DNA from: Euglena gracilis
Lineage: Eukaryota
Length of the DNA stretch: 64,000 nucleotides
NCBI GenBank assembly: GCA_039621445.1
Contig: CP154954.1
Coordinates: forward strand, 39,703,816 to 39,767,815
Direction: 5' to 3'
Shown piece by piece: positions 26,365-36,494 of the stretch. Numbering within the stretch: position 1 is the stretch's first letter; each line of letters begins with the position of its first letter. The position numbers and the translations under genes are program-made. The notes under the pieces are model-generated. The model ran no database searches. It was not told the DNA's origin and worked only from the letters and a program-made list of their open reading frames with translations.

Positions 26365-26366
26365 AG

Positions 26367-26674
26367 TGTACGTCTGATTCCCAATTCCCCTTTCCCAATT
26401 CCCAAAAGCCTTCGCTTTCGCCTTGGCGCACCTACTTGGGAACTGAAAAGCAGAGTAACAGAAAACCCTTTTCCCACTTCCCAAGACGCAAAGCACAGAG
26501 CAATGCAGGGAGGATGGACTGGATATCCAAGTCCGGTCTGGAGAAAAGGAAGACAAACAGAATAAAGAATACCACCTGTGGAGAGAGAAGGGGCACCCAT
26601 TAGGAAATCCGTATAGGATCTGCTTCCATCCTAACTTCCTCAACGGAAGGGGACAGAAGCATACGCCTGGTACA
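26367..26674 (-). repeat. 3' LTR of element B
   Basis: Direct repeat of 42639-42948; terminal inverted TGTAC/GTACA. Confidence 0.95.
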
Positions 26675-26676
26675 CA

Positions 26677-26686
26677 TCCCCCTCCC
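26677..26686 (-). promoter_or_regulatory. Polypurine tract (GGGAGGGGGA) of element B
   Basis: Purine run on the coding strand just before the 3' LTR; equivalent runs precede both LTRs of element C. Confidence 0.85.
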
Positions 26687-27380
26687 AGGGCTATGCCCGA
26701 TTTCCTCTTTGGACCAGGCATTCTGGCCACAGGCCTTTCGGACACAGACCTGGTCTGTTGGAGGTGCACCCTGGCGCATCCACAGGGGCCCTTTCCGTCG
26801 CACAGGGGTCCACTCAAAAAGGGGGGCGGAAAGGAGGGGGACCCAAAAGCCCAAAACGCGCAAAATGGTTTCACCTACTTTGCGGTGGCTTATGGGTGTA
26901 TAGTATACTATAGCCCACTGGTGAAAATGGGGCTGGCAGGTTTCCTTGCCAAGCAAACCCATCCACCCAGTTTGGGTGTGCTAAAGGCACTTGGGGTTGG
27001 TCCATGGGCATTCAGGGAATACCCATGGGGAGGGTGTGGAAGGAGGGGGCCTCTGACCAGTCAAACCTGAGCAGGGCGCATGGCCAGTCAAACCTGACCA
27101 CGCAAAAGAAAAGTCCTACTCTACAAAACCAACTGCCGGCGACAGCATTTGTCCGGGGGGAAAGTAGAGAGGAGTGGGGGGTTGGCTTAGGCCAGAAAAG
27201 GTGCTGTCTCGCAGCCTTAGGGCCTCAAACGGCCGAAAAGAAAAAGGGAAAGGAAAGAAAAGAGGCCTTCCCGCCCTGTGCGCTGCGTGTCGCACGCCCG
27301 CGAGAGGGGAGAGGGGAGAGGGGTGTGCATGCATGCGCACGGAATCCTGCACATGGCAGCATCCCGGTGGGAACTTACTA

Positions 27381-27455
27381 GCGGCGAATACCGCAAAGGG
27401 TCTTCGAAGGGTTGCTCGGGCGAATACCCGAACAAGGGTTCAGGCGAATACCTGA
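27381..27455. promoter_or_regulatory. Three stem-loops with identical loop CGAATA (UAUUCG on element strand)
   Basis: GCGG-cgaata-CCGC 27381-27394; TCGGG-cgaata-CCCGA 27416-27431; TCAGG-cgaata-CCTGA 27440-27455. Confidence 0.7.
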
Positions 27456-27496
27456 CGAGGGTTCTGAAAGACGCCGCATTGGCGCTGACAGACACC

Positions 27497-30400
27497 TCAC
27501 CTGCCTCTATCGGCTGGGCGTTCGCGGACCTCACGCCAGTAGTCGTGTTGAGGGTCCCCTAATGGGTCCTCGACCAACTCCAGTTGGCGTGGGGAACGTG
27601 GTGGAGCTGATTCACTCCGAATGGTGTTGAGCTCCGGATCGTTGGCATCAAAGGAAGGGGTCTCCCATTCCTTGATCCAACTGTCCGGCAGTTTCTCCCT
27701 GGTACGGTCAGCATGATGCTGAAGGTACCGTTGGAGGTGCTCCCAGAAAATTCTGGGCAGCATCACCGGCCAGATGATGTAATTCATCCGGGGGTGATTC
27801 GCAGGCACCTGCGGGGGCATCCCCGGGGTCTGCTTGAAGTTGACGTCATACGTCCACCTCGCTGTCCGAGCTCTTGCGGTATGGGGCCGTAATACAGCCG
27901 CCAACCAACCTCTGAAGTCCACCAAATCGTGTTCTTCAGGAGGCCACAGTGGCAAGGCGTATCCGCCATGCTGACGCCTGGAGAACAGGGGGTAAACCTG
28001 TGTCTCCCAGTCGCCGTCAGTCCAGAGGTAAGGCACTCTTACCCTGGCGTGTTCCTCGACGGCGAGGCGCATTGCCCCAGCGTCGATCTGGTATTCACGG
28101 GCCATTCCCGTGTGGCGGTAGCTTTCTACCTTTCGGAAGTCAGAGTGCTTCAGGCGTCCTTCCACGTGCTTGTACTCCTTCTTCCACTTCTCCAGTGTCT
28201 CCCAATGCTGGGGGACAATGGTGGTGACTGCACCATCGGCAGTCTGCACGAACTTGGCACTCATACAGTTGATGCACAAGGCAGGGATATCCCTGTCGTG
28301 AGCATTCCCACTGTAGGAGTAGTTCAAGTTGCGCTTCCAGGCGTTCAGGCACTCGCCACATACGAGCGCCACACAGTTTGGCACAAATGCCCTGTGATGG
28401 AACGTCGTGGATTGAACCTGCCGCTTGCACACATGCAAAAGTGGCTGGTTGTGCCGCACATGGTGGCACACGGTGCACGTCCAGGCAAAGGTCGTGCCTT
28501 GCAGGAAATCCAACACGCAGTCCTCACCGAAGTACTGTGCCAGTACTCGGGGTGAGCGCCTGTTCCAAAATGTCCAGGTGTGTTCCGGGACATAGTGGAA
28601 AGGTTCTCCTCGGACGAAGAGGGGCTGAATCCATCGATTCAGTGACCATTTCTGGTGCCGAATAGCAGCCAGCTTCCTCGTCCTTTGTTCCACGGTGCCT
28701 AGGCTGGTCAGGATATATTGAGTCCAGAGCTGGGCATCCGCAGACACGGGAGGTGAAGCAGGTTCATCCTGCTCCTCATCCGTCAAACCGGCGGAAGATT
28801 GGGTCTGTCGACCACGAGCCTTACCTTTCGGTTTGCTCTGGCCGTACCCGGACGATGCAACGGCCGAATAGTCCTGCATTGTCGTAGGGCCTTTTGGCTG
28901 TCCGCCAGTCTGGCATCCAGCGCCACCTTTCGGTGGTGGTTTCCCATCACCGCCTTGGACGGGGGGCTTACAGGGTGCAGCGCCCGGCTTCCCTCCTTTC
29001 GGCTTCGCACTCCCGGAATCAGGAGGCGATGGCTGCGGCTTACTCCTGGTATCAGGAGCAGGTTTTGCTGGAGCAGACGATTGTCGTCTGGGCGAAGCGG
29101 GCATCATGACCGCTGGATCGCGCATGACGCTCCGAGGCGTTGGTACCCGTTCCTGGGGTTGTTCAGCCGGCGTCCGTCGAGCAGGTTCATCCTGCCCGTG
29201 GGGGCGTGGGACTGTGGTTGTCACCGGAATCGGTGCTTCCACAGGCGCTGACACTCCCAGAAACTCTCCCATTGTCATCGGGGTGTCAGAGGGTCTGCGC
29301 GGTGTCGGTGGTCGTGGGGGTATTTCCTCCACTTCCATTTCGACGTCTGGCCGAGGAGGTTTATCCTCCACAACCGCTGGCGCAGGTGCTAGTGGAGGTT
29401 GATCCTCCGTTGTAGCCGTTACGACAGATGGCTCTGTCGGCTGGGGTTCATCTCCTGATGGTGGTTGCACTGGTGCCGGAGATGGGGGTGCGGGGACACC
29501 GACATCTGGTGTCTCCACGACCTCGGCGGCGGAGCTTGATGCTACGCCTCCACCTCGTGGCGTTAGTGCAGCAGCCACGGCAGTAATGCCAGTGACCACA
29601 GCGCCAAGTACACGGCCTCCTAATGAGGTTCGTGCTGTGGGGCTGGCGGGTTCCTCGGGGATACCCTCGACGACCACACCAGTCACCTCGGCTTCAGGCT
29701 CAGCCGTCGACACAGGCGCTGCAGCCATAGGTACATCCCCTATGGGTGCTTCGTCTGGCCGAGGCTGTGCCGGAGTAGGCAGAGCAGCGTAGAGGATATC
29801 CTCGACGTTCTCGCCTTCCTCCTGGGGGAGTTCCTCGTCTCCACCTGTCGGTGGACAGACGGGAGCCGTCGCAGGGGCCCGGGAAACTGATCGTTCCCCT
29901 GCCACTCGCGGGGCAGAGACGAAGGACACTGCCGTTCCTGTCGGAGACGGCGGCGCTGCCTCCAGAATGGTGACGGAGGGGCTGCGTTCGCGTTCCTCCC
30001 GCCGCGGAATCGCGGTTGTGGAAGCGACGGACGCCTCACGTCTCCTTCGCGCCAGAGGTTCATCCTCCGGGGCGATGAAGGCGCGCAGATCCTCGAGTGA
30101 ACGAGGATCGTCGGGGTGCCATCGGCATCCTTGAGCATCCGCCAGCATGTAAAAGGCCAGCGTGCTGCTGCTGGGGCGGTTGGGCCAGGGTGGTGGCCGT
30201 GATGGCTGCACCCACGCATTGGCAGGCCTGTTGGGGCCCAGGAATCCGCGGTAACGCGTGTCTTCCCAGACCTCGAAAACCCCTTCCTCGAACTCCTGCA
30301 CGCATGCCAAAATCGGCATACCCAGGTCGAGGATGGCCTTCGGGTAATTCATCAGCTGGAGGAATACCTCCCGGTCGAGGGTACCGCCAAACTGTCGCCT

Positions 30401-30778
30401 CAAAAGTTCTTCCAGGTCGATACCGGCCAGGTGCCAGTTGGGGCGCAGGTCGGCGATGACCCGACGACGACGAGGTCCCTCAACGGGGTCGCCGTAGTCT
30501 GGTGGCAGACTTTCCATACCTGGTCCATCGTCCTGGGGGTCACGGAGACGTATATACACCTCCATGACGTAGGTGGTCCAGGCTCGCCACCAGAACTGCT
30601 GCAGCATAAGAATACGCTGCTTGTGGACGCGGCGACTTCTGCCCTGGATCCGGGGCGTCGCGGCACACATGCATAAGCACGCGGCGTCCCATCTCCAGGC
30701 CCGGGTTATCCCGAGGCGGTGGAGGGCTTCCACGCACGCCGAATCCCCAGAAGTCGACAGTGAATTCCCTCCTGCCAT
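27497..30778 (-). CDS. Accessory protein, C-terminal part (1093-aa ORF): Pro/Glu-rich linker, Cys8 ADD/PHD-like finger, Trp-rich C-terminal region
   Basis: 3.3-kb open frame; homology to element A fragments; CxxC-x12-C-x17-C-x4-CxxC-x24-CxxC at 28265-28477. Confidence 0.8.
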   Translation of the reverse strand: MAGGNSLSTSGDSACVEALHRLGITRAWRWDAACLCMCAATPRIQGRSRRVHKQRILMLQQFWWRAWTTYVMEVYIRLRDPQDDGPGMESLPPDYGDPVEGPRRRRVIADLRPNWHLAGIDLEELLRRQFGGTLDREVFLQLMNYPKAILDLGMPILACVQEFEEGVFEVWEDTRYRGFLGPNRPANAWVQPSRPPPWPNRPSSSTLAFYMLADAQGCRWHPDDPRSLEDLRAFIAPEDEPLARRRREASVASTTAIPRREERERSPSVTILEAAPPSPTGTAVSFVSAPRVAGERSVSRAPATAPVCPPTGGDEELPQEEGENVEDILYAALPTPAQPRPDEAPIGDVPMAAAPVSTAEPEAEVTGVVVEGIPEEPASPTARTSLGGRVLGAVVTGITAVAAALTPRGGGVASSSAAEVVETPDVGVPAPPSPAPVQPPSGDEPQPTEPSVVTATTEDQPPLAPAPAVVEDKPPRPDVEMEVEEIPPRPPTPRRPSDTPMTMGEFLGVSAPVEAPIPVTTTVPRPHGQDEPARRTPAEQPQERVPTPRSVMRDPAVMMPASPRRQSSAPAKPAPDTRSKPQPSPPDSGSAKPKGGKPGAAPCKPPVQGGDGKPPPKGGAGCQTGGQPKGPTTMQDYSAVASSGYGQSKPKGKARGRQTQSSAGLTDEEQDEPASPPVSADAQLWTQYILTSLGTVEQRTRKLAAIRHQKWSLNRWIQPLFVRGEPFHYVPEHTWTFWNRRSPRVLAQYFGEDCVLDFLQGTTFAWTCTVCHHVRHNQPLLHVCKRQVQSTTFHHRAFVPNCVALVCGECLNAWKRNLNYSYSGNAHDRDIPALCINCMSAKFVQTADGAVTTIVPQHWETLEKWKKEYKHVEGRLKHSDFRKVESYRHTGMAREYQIDAGAMRLAVEEHARVRVPYLWTDGDWETQVYPLFSRRQHGGYALPLWPPEEHDLVDFRGWLAAVLRPHTARARTARWTYDVNFKQTPGMPPQVPANHPRMNYIIWPVMLPRIFWEHLQRYLQHHADRTREKLPDSWIKEWETPSFDANDPELNTIRSESAPPRSPRQLELVEDPLGDPQHDYWREVRERPADRGR

Positions 30779-33021
30779 TTATTACAACAGAGGTCATACC
30801 TCTGTGGGTAAGCCAGGGAAACGCGCTGAACGCGGAAGGTTGAGCCGTAATGGCTCACCAGCCGCACCTGGAGGTTGTTGCACCACAACACCTCAATCAG
30901 GCGTCCTACTTCGGGGTGCAGCGGAAAGTATCTCCACTGGACTCCGAGGGGTCCTACTGAATGGATACATTCGAAGTAGGTCTTCAGCATCCGGGCCAAC
31001 ACCTGCTGGTCCCGGAATGCCAGTCCCAACTGGTGCAGATAACTGCGACCAGTGGAGTTGCTGAAGAGACCCCAGTTCTGGCAGGGGTATCCCAGCCAAA
31101 ACCATAGCTCCCAAAAGCCCGGCTGGGCATCCAGCAAAGGTCTGCCACCTTCACCTTCGAAGGCGTACAGATCTATTCCGTAATGGAATAGTCTGACTCT
31201 GTTCTCGGTGTGGTGTAATACCACATCGATGACTGTCTCTGGAGGAGTGACGGGGCGGTTTCCTGCAACATGGTAATCATGCTGCATTCGCCAGCCTTCG
31301 TCTTCCAGCTCCTCCTTGAACCTGAGCATATGCTCAAAGTCCGAGAGGACTTCTGCTGGTTCTTCCTCCTGCTCACGGGCTGTACCCTTACCCTTGCCCT
31401 CACCTTTGCCTTTGCCAGCCACGCCTTTGCCTTCTCCCTTGCCTTTGCCCTCAGCCGTACCTTTGTCCTTCCCCGTCTGGTGAATACCAGCGGGTCGGGC
31501 GCTCGGTGCGGCAGCAGTCGGTTCGGTACCTTCCAATTCCTTCTCTGGGGAGGGGCCTTGCCGTTCCGCTGCACGTCGCGGTGATGGCGTGGCTGGGCGC
31601 TGGCTAGGAGCCTGGCGTGGGCTTGGTTTCGGCGTAGGGGGTCGCAGCTCCTTCCATACCGGAGGGATCGGCGGTGGCATGGCGTCAGCAGGACGGCTCA
31701 TCGCTGCCTGTGCCTCTGCCGGTGGTTGTCTAGCCAGGGTATCCTGGCTGGCTTCCACCTGCATTGCCGAACCGCCTTCCGCGTCCCTTGGGCTGGGTCG
31801 CCTGGGCTGTGGGGTAAGGTCCTCCGTAGCCCTATGGCGCTTCAGGGTGGCAGGTAATCCTGCCGCTCCTGCCGGGGGCTCACCGGGTAATACCGGGGTT
31901 GCCACCCGCAGCTGCGGTTGGTACGGATGGTATGGGGTGTATCCACGGCCCTGAAGGGCAGCCAGCGAAGAATAATACCTCGCCCGGTGCTCTTCAGACG
32001 CGAATACTGGCTCCTGCAGGAAATGCCGAGCAAGTTCATCCTGCTCGGTTCCCGGAGGTGCCATGTGGTAGTAGGGAGCCTCCTGCCGACGCGGGACATC
32101 CCCGGTTTGGACAGGAGGTGCACTGGGCGGTCGGGTTGCCGCACGGTGGAGAGGTTCATCCTCCACCACTATGGGCTCCACCTGCCGCCGTGGCTCAACG
32201 CCAGGGGCAGGGGCGACCGGTGATGCCTGTGGCATCCGGTGCGTGAACATGTGTTGGACGTATGCCTCAGGGGGCACGTCCAACTGTCCGGCTGGGAGTA
32301 CGTGTGCGCCACGTGGGTAGTCCGCGTGCGTCGCGTACTGCGGGGCAAATTGCTCTGCTGGCGGCTCGCGCAGCGGCGTTCGCTGCGGCGAGGGCGGGCG
32401 AGCAAATATTCTCGTCATCCCAGGTGGGACATGCACAGCCTCACCTACCGGTGGGGGCGTGTGCTCACGCATGTGCACGGTGTGGGATCCCACCGGCGTC
32501 TGCGTTTGCAGCATGGGCGGCACATACACGCCCAGGTCCATCCCGGTCTCGCCAGGCTCAAATCCGGAATCGGATGCCGACGAGAAATACCGTCTCCCTG
32601 TCATCAGGGCCTGCCCACAGGGACACCACTGAGCCACAGGGGTGTTGGCTACCACCAACAACTGAGCGCAGTATGCATCCCAAAGGGCTTGCATAAAGGG
32701 CTCCGTTGGAGGGCGTGCGCACATACGCATCGCCCGCTCCAACGTCTCCGTAGTGTGGAAGATCATCTCTCCCGCATACAGGGGCAGCCGCAATCTGCGC
32801 TGCACTGGTGGCTGGGGTGCCGGCTGCTGGACGGCTGATGGATCTGGTACCGCATATGCGGACCGGCTGCTGGTAGCCGCGGCGAATACCGGGGCTGGAC
32901 CCCTTTCAGCATGTGGGGCACCCGGAATCGGGACCTCACCATACTCAGGGTACTGGGAGTATGGTGCGCCCGGAGGCTGCGGCCATGGTGGACCTGGTCC
33001 TGGTCCGCGCCCAGGCAGCAT
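30706..33021 (-). CDS. Accessory protein, N-terminal part (771-aa ORF), unknown function
   Basis: 2.3-kb open frame from ATG; conserved blocks shared with element A (LPLYAGEMIFHT, QWCPCGQA, WELWFWLGYPCQN, HSVGPLGVQW); GKGKG repeats. Confidence 0.82.
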   Translation of the reverse strand: MLPGRGPGPGPPWPQPPGAPYSQYPEYGEVPIPGAPHAERGPAPVFAAATSSRSAYAVPDPSAVQQPAPQPPVQRRLRLPLYAGEMIFHTTETLERAMRMCARPPTEPFMQALWDAYCAQLLVVANTPVAQWCPCGQALMTGRRYFSSASDSGFEPGETGMDLGVYVPPMLQTQTPVGSHTVHMREHTPPPVGEAVHVPPGMTRIFARPPSPQRTPLREPPAEQFAPQYATHADYPRGAHVLPAGQLDVPPEAYVQHMFTHRMPQASPVAPAPGVEPRRQVEPIVVEDEPLHRAATRPPSAPPVQTGDVPRRQEAPYYHMAPPGTEQDELARHFLQEPVFASEEHRARYYSSLAALQGRGYTPYHPYQPQLRVATPVLPGEPPAGAAGLPATLKRHRATEDLTPQPRRPSPRDAEGGSAMQVEASQDTLARQPPAEAQAAMSRPADAMPPPIPPVWKELRPPTPKPSPRQAPSQRPATPSPRRAAERQGPSPEKELEGTEPTAAAPSARPAGIHQTGKDKGTAEGKGKGEGKGVAGKGKGEGKGKGTAREQEEEPAEVLSDFEHMLRFKEELEDEGWRMQHDYHVAGNRPVTPPETVIDVVLHHTENRVRLFHYGIDLYAFEGEGGRPLLDAQPGFWELWFWLGYPCQNWGLFSNSTGRSYLHQLGLAFRDQQVLARMLKTYFECIHSVGPLGVQWRYFPLHPEVGRLIEVLWCNNLQVRLVSHYGSTFRVQRVSLAYPQRYDLCCNKWQEGIHCRLLGIRRAWKPSTASG

Positions 33022-33255
33022 GATGCTACCCGAACGACGACGACAACGAAGGATAACCTTGTTGTCAGTCGCTTTGAGTGCTAGGCACTGAAAAAGAAGA
33101 TGCTTCTATCCTTATCAAAAACTGTGTGAGAAAGACAGAAGATGCAGTGCAGGGGGGGGTATAAACGCGGAACATTCACATAAAACACACACATTCTCCA
33201 AAACGAAATCGTTTCAGAAAGTGTTAATGTTTATGTCTATGTTATTGCGCTTGTT

Positions 33256-33745
33256 TCACAGCTTCCAATCCTGCTGGATATATCCAACAAAACTGGATGC
33301 TGGCTCCCAAGTGTCCTCCTCTGGCCCATACCCCTTCCAGCGAACTTTCCAGTAGTGCACACCCCTGTCGACCTTGTGGTCTATTATCTTATCAACCACA
33401 AAGTCGTCCGTTTCAGGTAATCTGGAACGGGGCTTGAAATATAAGCAGGGGATAGCTTTTCCGTCTGGGGGGCTTAGGTACGGTTTGAAATCGTCCATAT
33501 GGACGTCCTCAATCCCGTTGGGCAAGGCAACTTTACATCGCCCGCTACTTCCTAACCTGTTCAAAATTTCGCATGGGCCGAGCCAAAGAGGATGTAGCTT
33601 GGAAGATTGCATGCGGGTGCGGTTATTCCGTACCCACACGCAGTCACCTGGACTATACACAGGTGTGTTGAAATTTTGTAAAAACGATTTCCGTTTGTTG
33701 GAATGAATTTCTGTGATAAGTGATTGAACTGCAGAGCGGAGTTGA
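33256..33745 (-). pseudogene. pol: Integrase GPY/F region + chromodomain of element B (frameshifted from IN core)
   Basis: [22 protein letters not shown]...[18 protein letters not shown]. Confidence 0.93.
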
Positions 33746-35383
33746 TTCCACTTCTGCAAACCACGTTTCACAGCTAACACTACTTCGGGCGGGTCTCTCC
33801 GAGGGGATATCTCCTATGGCCGGAGGGTCTCGTCCGAAAACAATTTTATACGGTGAGTGTGGTAATACCACCCCTGGCAAGGTATTGATGTAAAATAAAC
33901 ACCAATGAAGAATAGATATCCAATTCTTACCCGAGTCAGCCAGTGAAAGGCGTAGCATATTGACAACAGATTTCACGGCTGCCTCAGCTCCACCGTTGCC
34001 TTTCGGGCGGTATATAATGGACAAATGCTGCTCAATACCGAGTAAACCGCACAAAGTCGTGAAAAACCGCGACGAGATCAAGTGATCTTGATCCCTCACG
34101 ATTTCGTTCGGTAAACCCATTAAGCAGATACATTTCTCCAGGAATATGGATGCCAAAATTTGGGCTGTCAACCCTGCTTTCCGGCATGGAATGGCTACAA
34201 TGTACCCACTCAGCCGACAGACGACAACAAAAACGTAATCGTAAATTTTTTCATCTGATCCTTTGCAAGGTTCGAGTTCGAGAAAATCCATGCAGAGGGA
34301 CGTAAAAATGTCCGGTGGTACGGGGAAAAAATCCATCGTACCAGGGGGGGTACCTCTGCGCGGTTTCACAGCCTGACAAATTGGGCACCGCTGCGAAATT
34401 CGCAAACAGCGCGAATATAAATCTTTTTCACTCAGGGTTGTGCAATATCTGCGACCCACCAGTGAAAGAAGTTTCAGGGCCCCAGGGTGACCATGGTTGT
34501 GATAGCTCAAAATCACATCATCAACCAGGTCTTGGGGTATACAATATTTATAACCAGAATCATTCCGGAAGATAGGTCGCAATGGTGATAGAGAGTAATT
34601 CTCTATGGACTCACCATTACGGAGTCTATTCACAATGGTACTATATACAGGGTCACGCGAATAATCCCATTCGCGGAAAAATAGGGGGGTAGGAGTTTCC
34701 GTACGCGTAATGCGACGGGGTCCGGCAGTGCGTCCACGCCGGCGCCTTCCACGCAATGGTGAAATGGCAATGCTGCGATACACCCGGGAAACGGGTAGTG
34801 AGTCGAGCATGTTGTCCACAGCGTCGGATCGACGTGCGAACTGGTCAGCCCCATGGCTGCCATGAAAAGTCGCATCACCCTCATCCGGGTTCCCAGGATA
34901 ATACCAGGGGGCTCGGCTGAGAGGATCCGCCACTTTTTGCGTATGACCTGGGGTATAAAATACCACCAGGTTAAACTGGCTCAAGAACTCATGCCATCGG
35001 CATCGTCTGCCAACTGATGACATGGCCTTGTTCAGGTCCCCGGTATACCAGTGTTGAAGGCTCTCATGATCCGTCAACACCAGTATCTGGACCAGGCTGC
35101 TGGCTATCCAGCTGTGGAATTTCTGGAGAATAAGCACAATGGCGTATGTCTCCTTTTCGCGAACGCTCCGTTTAACCTGTCCTTTGCTGTTGTCGCCGTG
35201 TAGCTTCCTGCTAAAGAAAGCCACAGGTCGGAGTTCATTCGCCGCATTATGCTGGCTAAGAACCCCGCCAACAGCGTAATCGCTGCTGTCGACCTCCAGG
35301 ACATACGGTTTGTATGGATCCGCGATATCGAGAACCACGTTCTCGAGGAGCAAGTCCTTGATTTTATTCAAGGCCTCGCGCAT
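33653..35383 (-). CDS. pol: RNase H + integrase (HHCC, DDE) of element B
   Basis: [41 protein letters not shown]...CPIC, MDF, DQD, AE. Confidence 0.95.
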   Translation of the reverse strand: MREALNKIKDLLLENVVLDIADPYKPYVLEVDSSDYAVGGVLSQHNAANELRPVAFFSRKLHGDNSKGQVKRSVREKETYAIVLILQKFHSWIASSLVQILVLTDHESLQHWYTGDLNKAMSSVGRRCRWHEFLSQFNLVVFYTPGHTQKVADPLSRAPWYYPGNPDEGDATFHGSHGADQFARRSDAVDNMLDSLPVSRVYRSIAISPLRGRRRRGRTAGPRRITRTETPTPLFFREWDYSRDPVYSTIVNRLRNGESIENYSLSPLRPIFRNDSGYKYCIPQDLVDDVILSYHNHGHPGALKLLSLVGRRYCTTLSEKDLYSRCLRISQRCPICQAVKPRRGTPPGTMDFFPVPPDIFTSLCMDFLELEPCKGSDEKIYDYVFVVVCRLSGYIVAIPCRKAGLTAQILASIFLEKCICLMGLPNEIVRDQDHLISSRFFTTLCGLLGIEQHLSIIYRPKGNGGAEAAVKSVVNMLRLSLADSGKNWISILHWCLFYINTLPGVVLPHSPYKIVFGRDPPAIGDIPSERPARSSVSCETWFAEVESTPLCSSITYHRNSFQQTEIVFTKFQHTCV

Positions 35384-36400
35384 TTGGTCATCCCAAATGA
35401 CTTTTGCGTTATCGGGTGTCCGATTTTTGAGTTGTCGGGTTAGGGGTACCGCGATTTTCGCGAAATCTTAGATGTAAATCGCGTAGTATTGGGCTTATCC
35501 CAAAAATCCCTTTAAATGCGTTAAGGTCTTAGTGACCTCAGGGGTCCATTTCTTAGTGGCCTCCATCTTGCTGGGTGCGGCTTGACGCTGCCCGTTGCTC
35601 AGGATATGCCCGCAAAACTTAACAATTTTGCGAAACAGGTGCATTTTGGAACCCTTCACAAAAAGCACATTGCTTTTTGAACGCGGATAATACCGCCCGC
35701 ACATCGCGATAATGCGGTTCGAGGATATCCTTGCCCGATTTCGCGGATGGCGGTTTGGTTCCCACCAGTACATCATCGATGTACACCAGAGCGAACGGTA
35801 AATCGCGCAAAACCCACTGGATCATGCGTTGAAACATGGCTGGGCCATTCTTAACACCCATAGGGAGTACCGTCCATTGGCACACACCCTTGGATGTCAC
35901 GAATGCCGTGTACGTTTGTGAATCGGGTGCAAATGCATCTGATGAAAACCGTCTTCTAGATCAAAGATTGACCACAACCGGTTATCCGATTGTTTGGTGA
36001 TCAAATCCTCGATCAGCAGTAACGGGAAGGGGTCATCCTTCGTTTGGGAGTTCAGGTACCGGTAATCCAGCACCAGTCTCCACTTCTTCTGACCAGACTG
36101 GTCAGCGGGTTTGGGCACCACAAAAGCTTGTGATGTCCATTCGCTCTTGGAAGGGATAATCCACTTCCGCTGGATGAGCTTCTCAATCATCTCGTTGAGA
36201 GCTTGTTCGCGTTTAACCGAACAACGGAAGAATTTCCGGTGCATGGGCTTAGCGCCATCCTTGAGCTCGATTTTGCAAACACCGAACAGAACGCGAATCG
36301 CGGGGTCGATGTCGCAGGCGTAAACTGGGTTATCCAGTACACCATGGAATTCGCGAGTAAAACGCGAACAATAGTCAGCAGACTTGGGGTGTTGGTCCGC
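35384..36400 (-). pseudogene. pol: Reverse transcriptase of element B (frameshifted)
   Basis: WRLVLDYRYLN, DLEDGFHQ, LPMGVKNGPAMFQR, YIDD at 35772-35783. Confidence 0.95.
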
Positions 36401-36494
36401 ACTCTCAATAACCGCCAGAAATCTGCGTTGAGGGTGTGGCATCCCCATTGGTACCAAGGTATCTTGGCACACGCAAATCGTATATACCGAATGT

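Noticed and set aside
25500-26431. ORFs with repeated AEASKW/PFACFG motifs (also 42776-45224)
   Set aside because: Translations of the non-triplet 29-bp minisatellite in all frames
27497-33021. Classical env gene
   Set aside because: No N-terminal signal peptide and no convincing C-terminal transmembrane anchor; only one weakly hydrophobic stretch (VLGAVVTGITAVAAAL); composition looks intracellular
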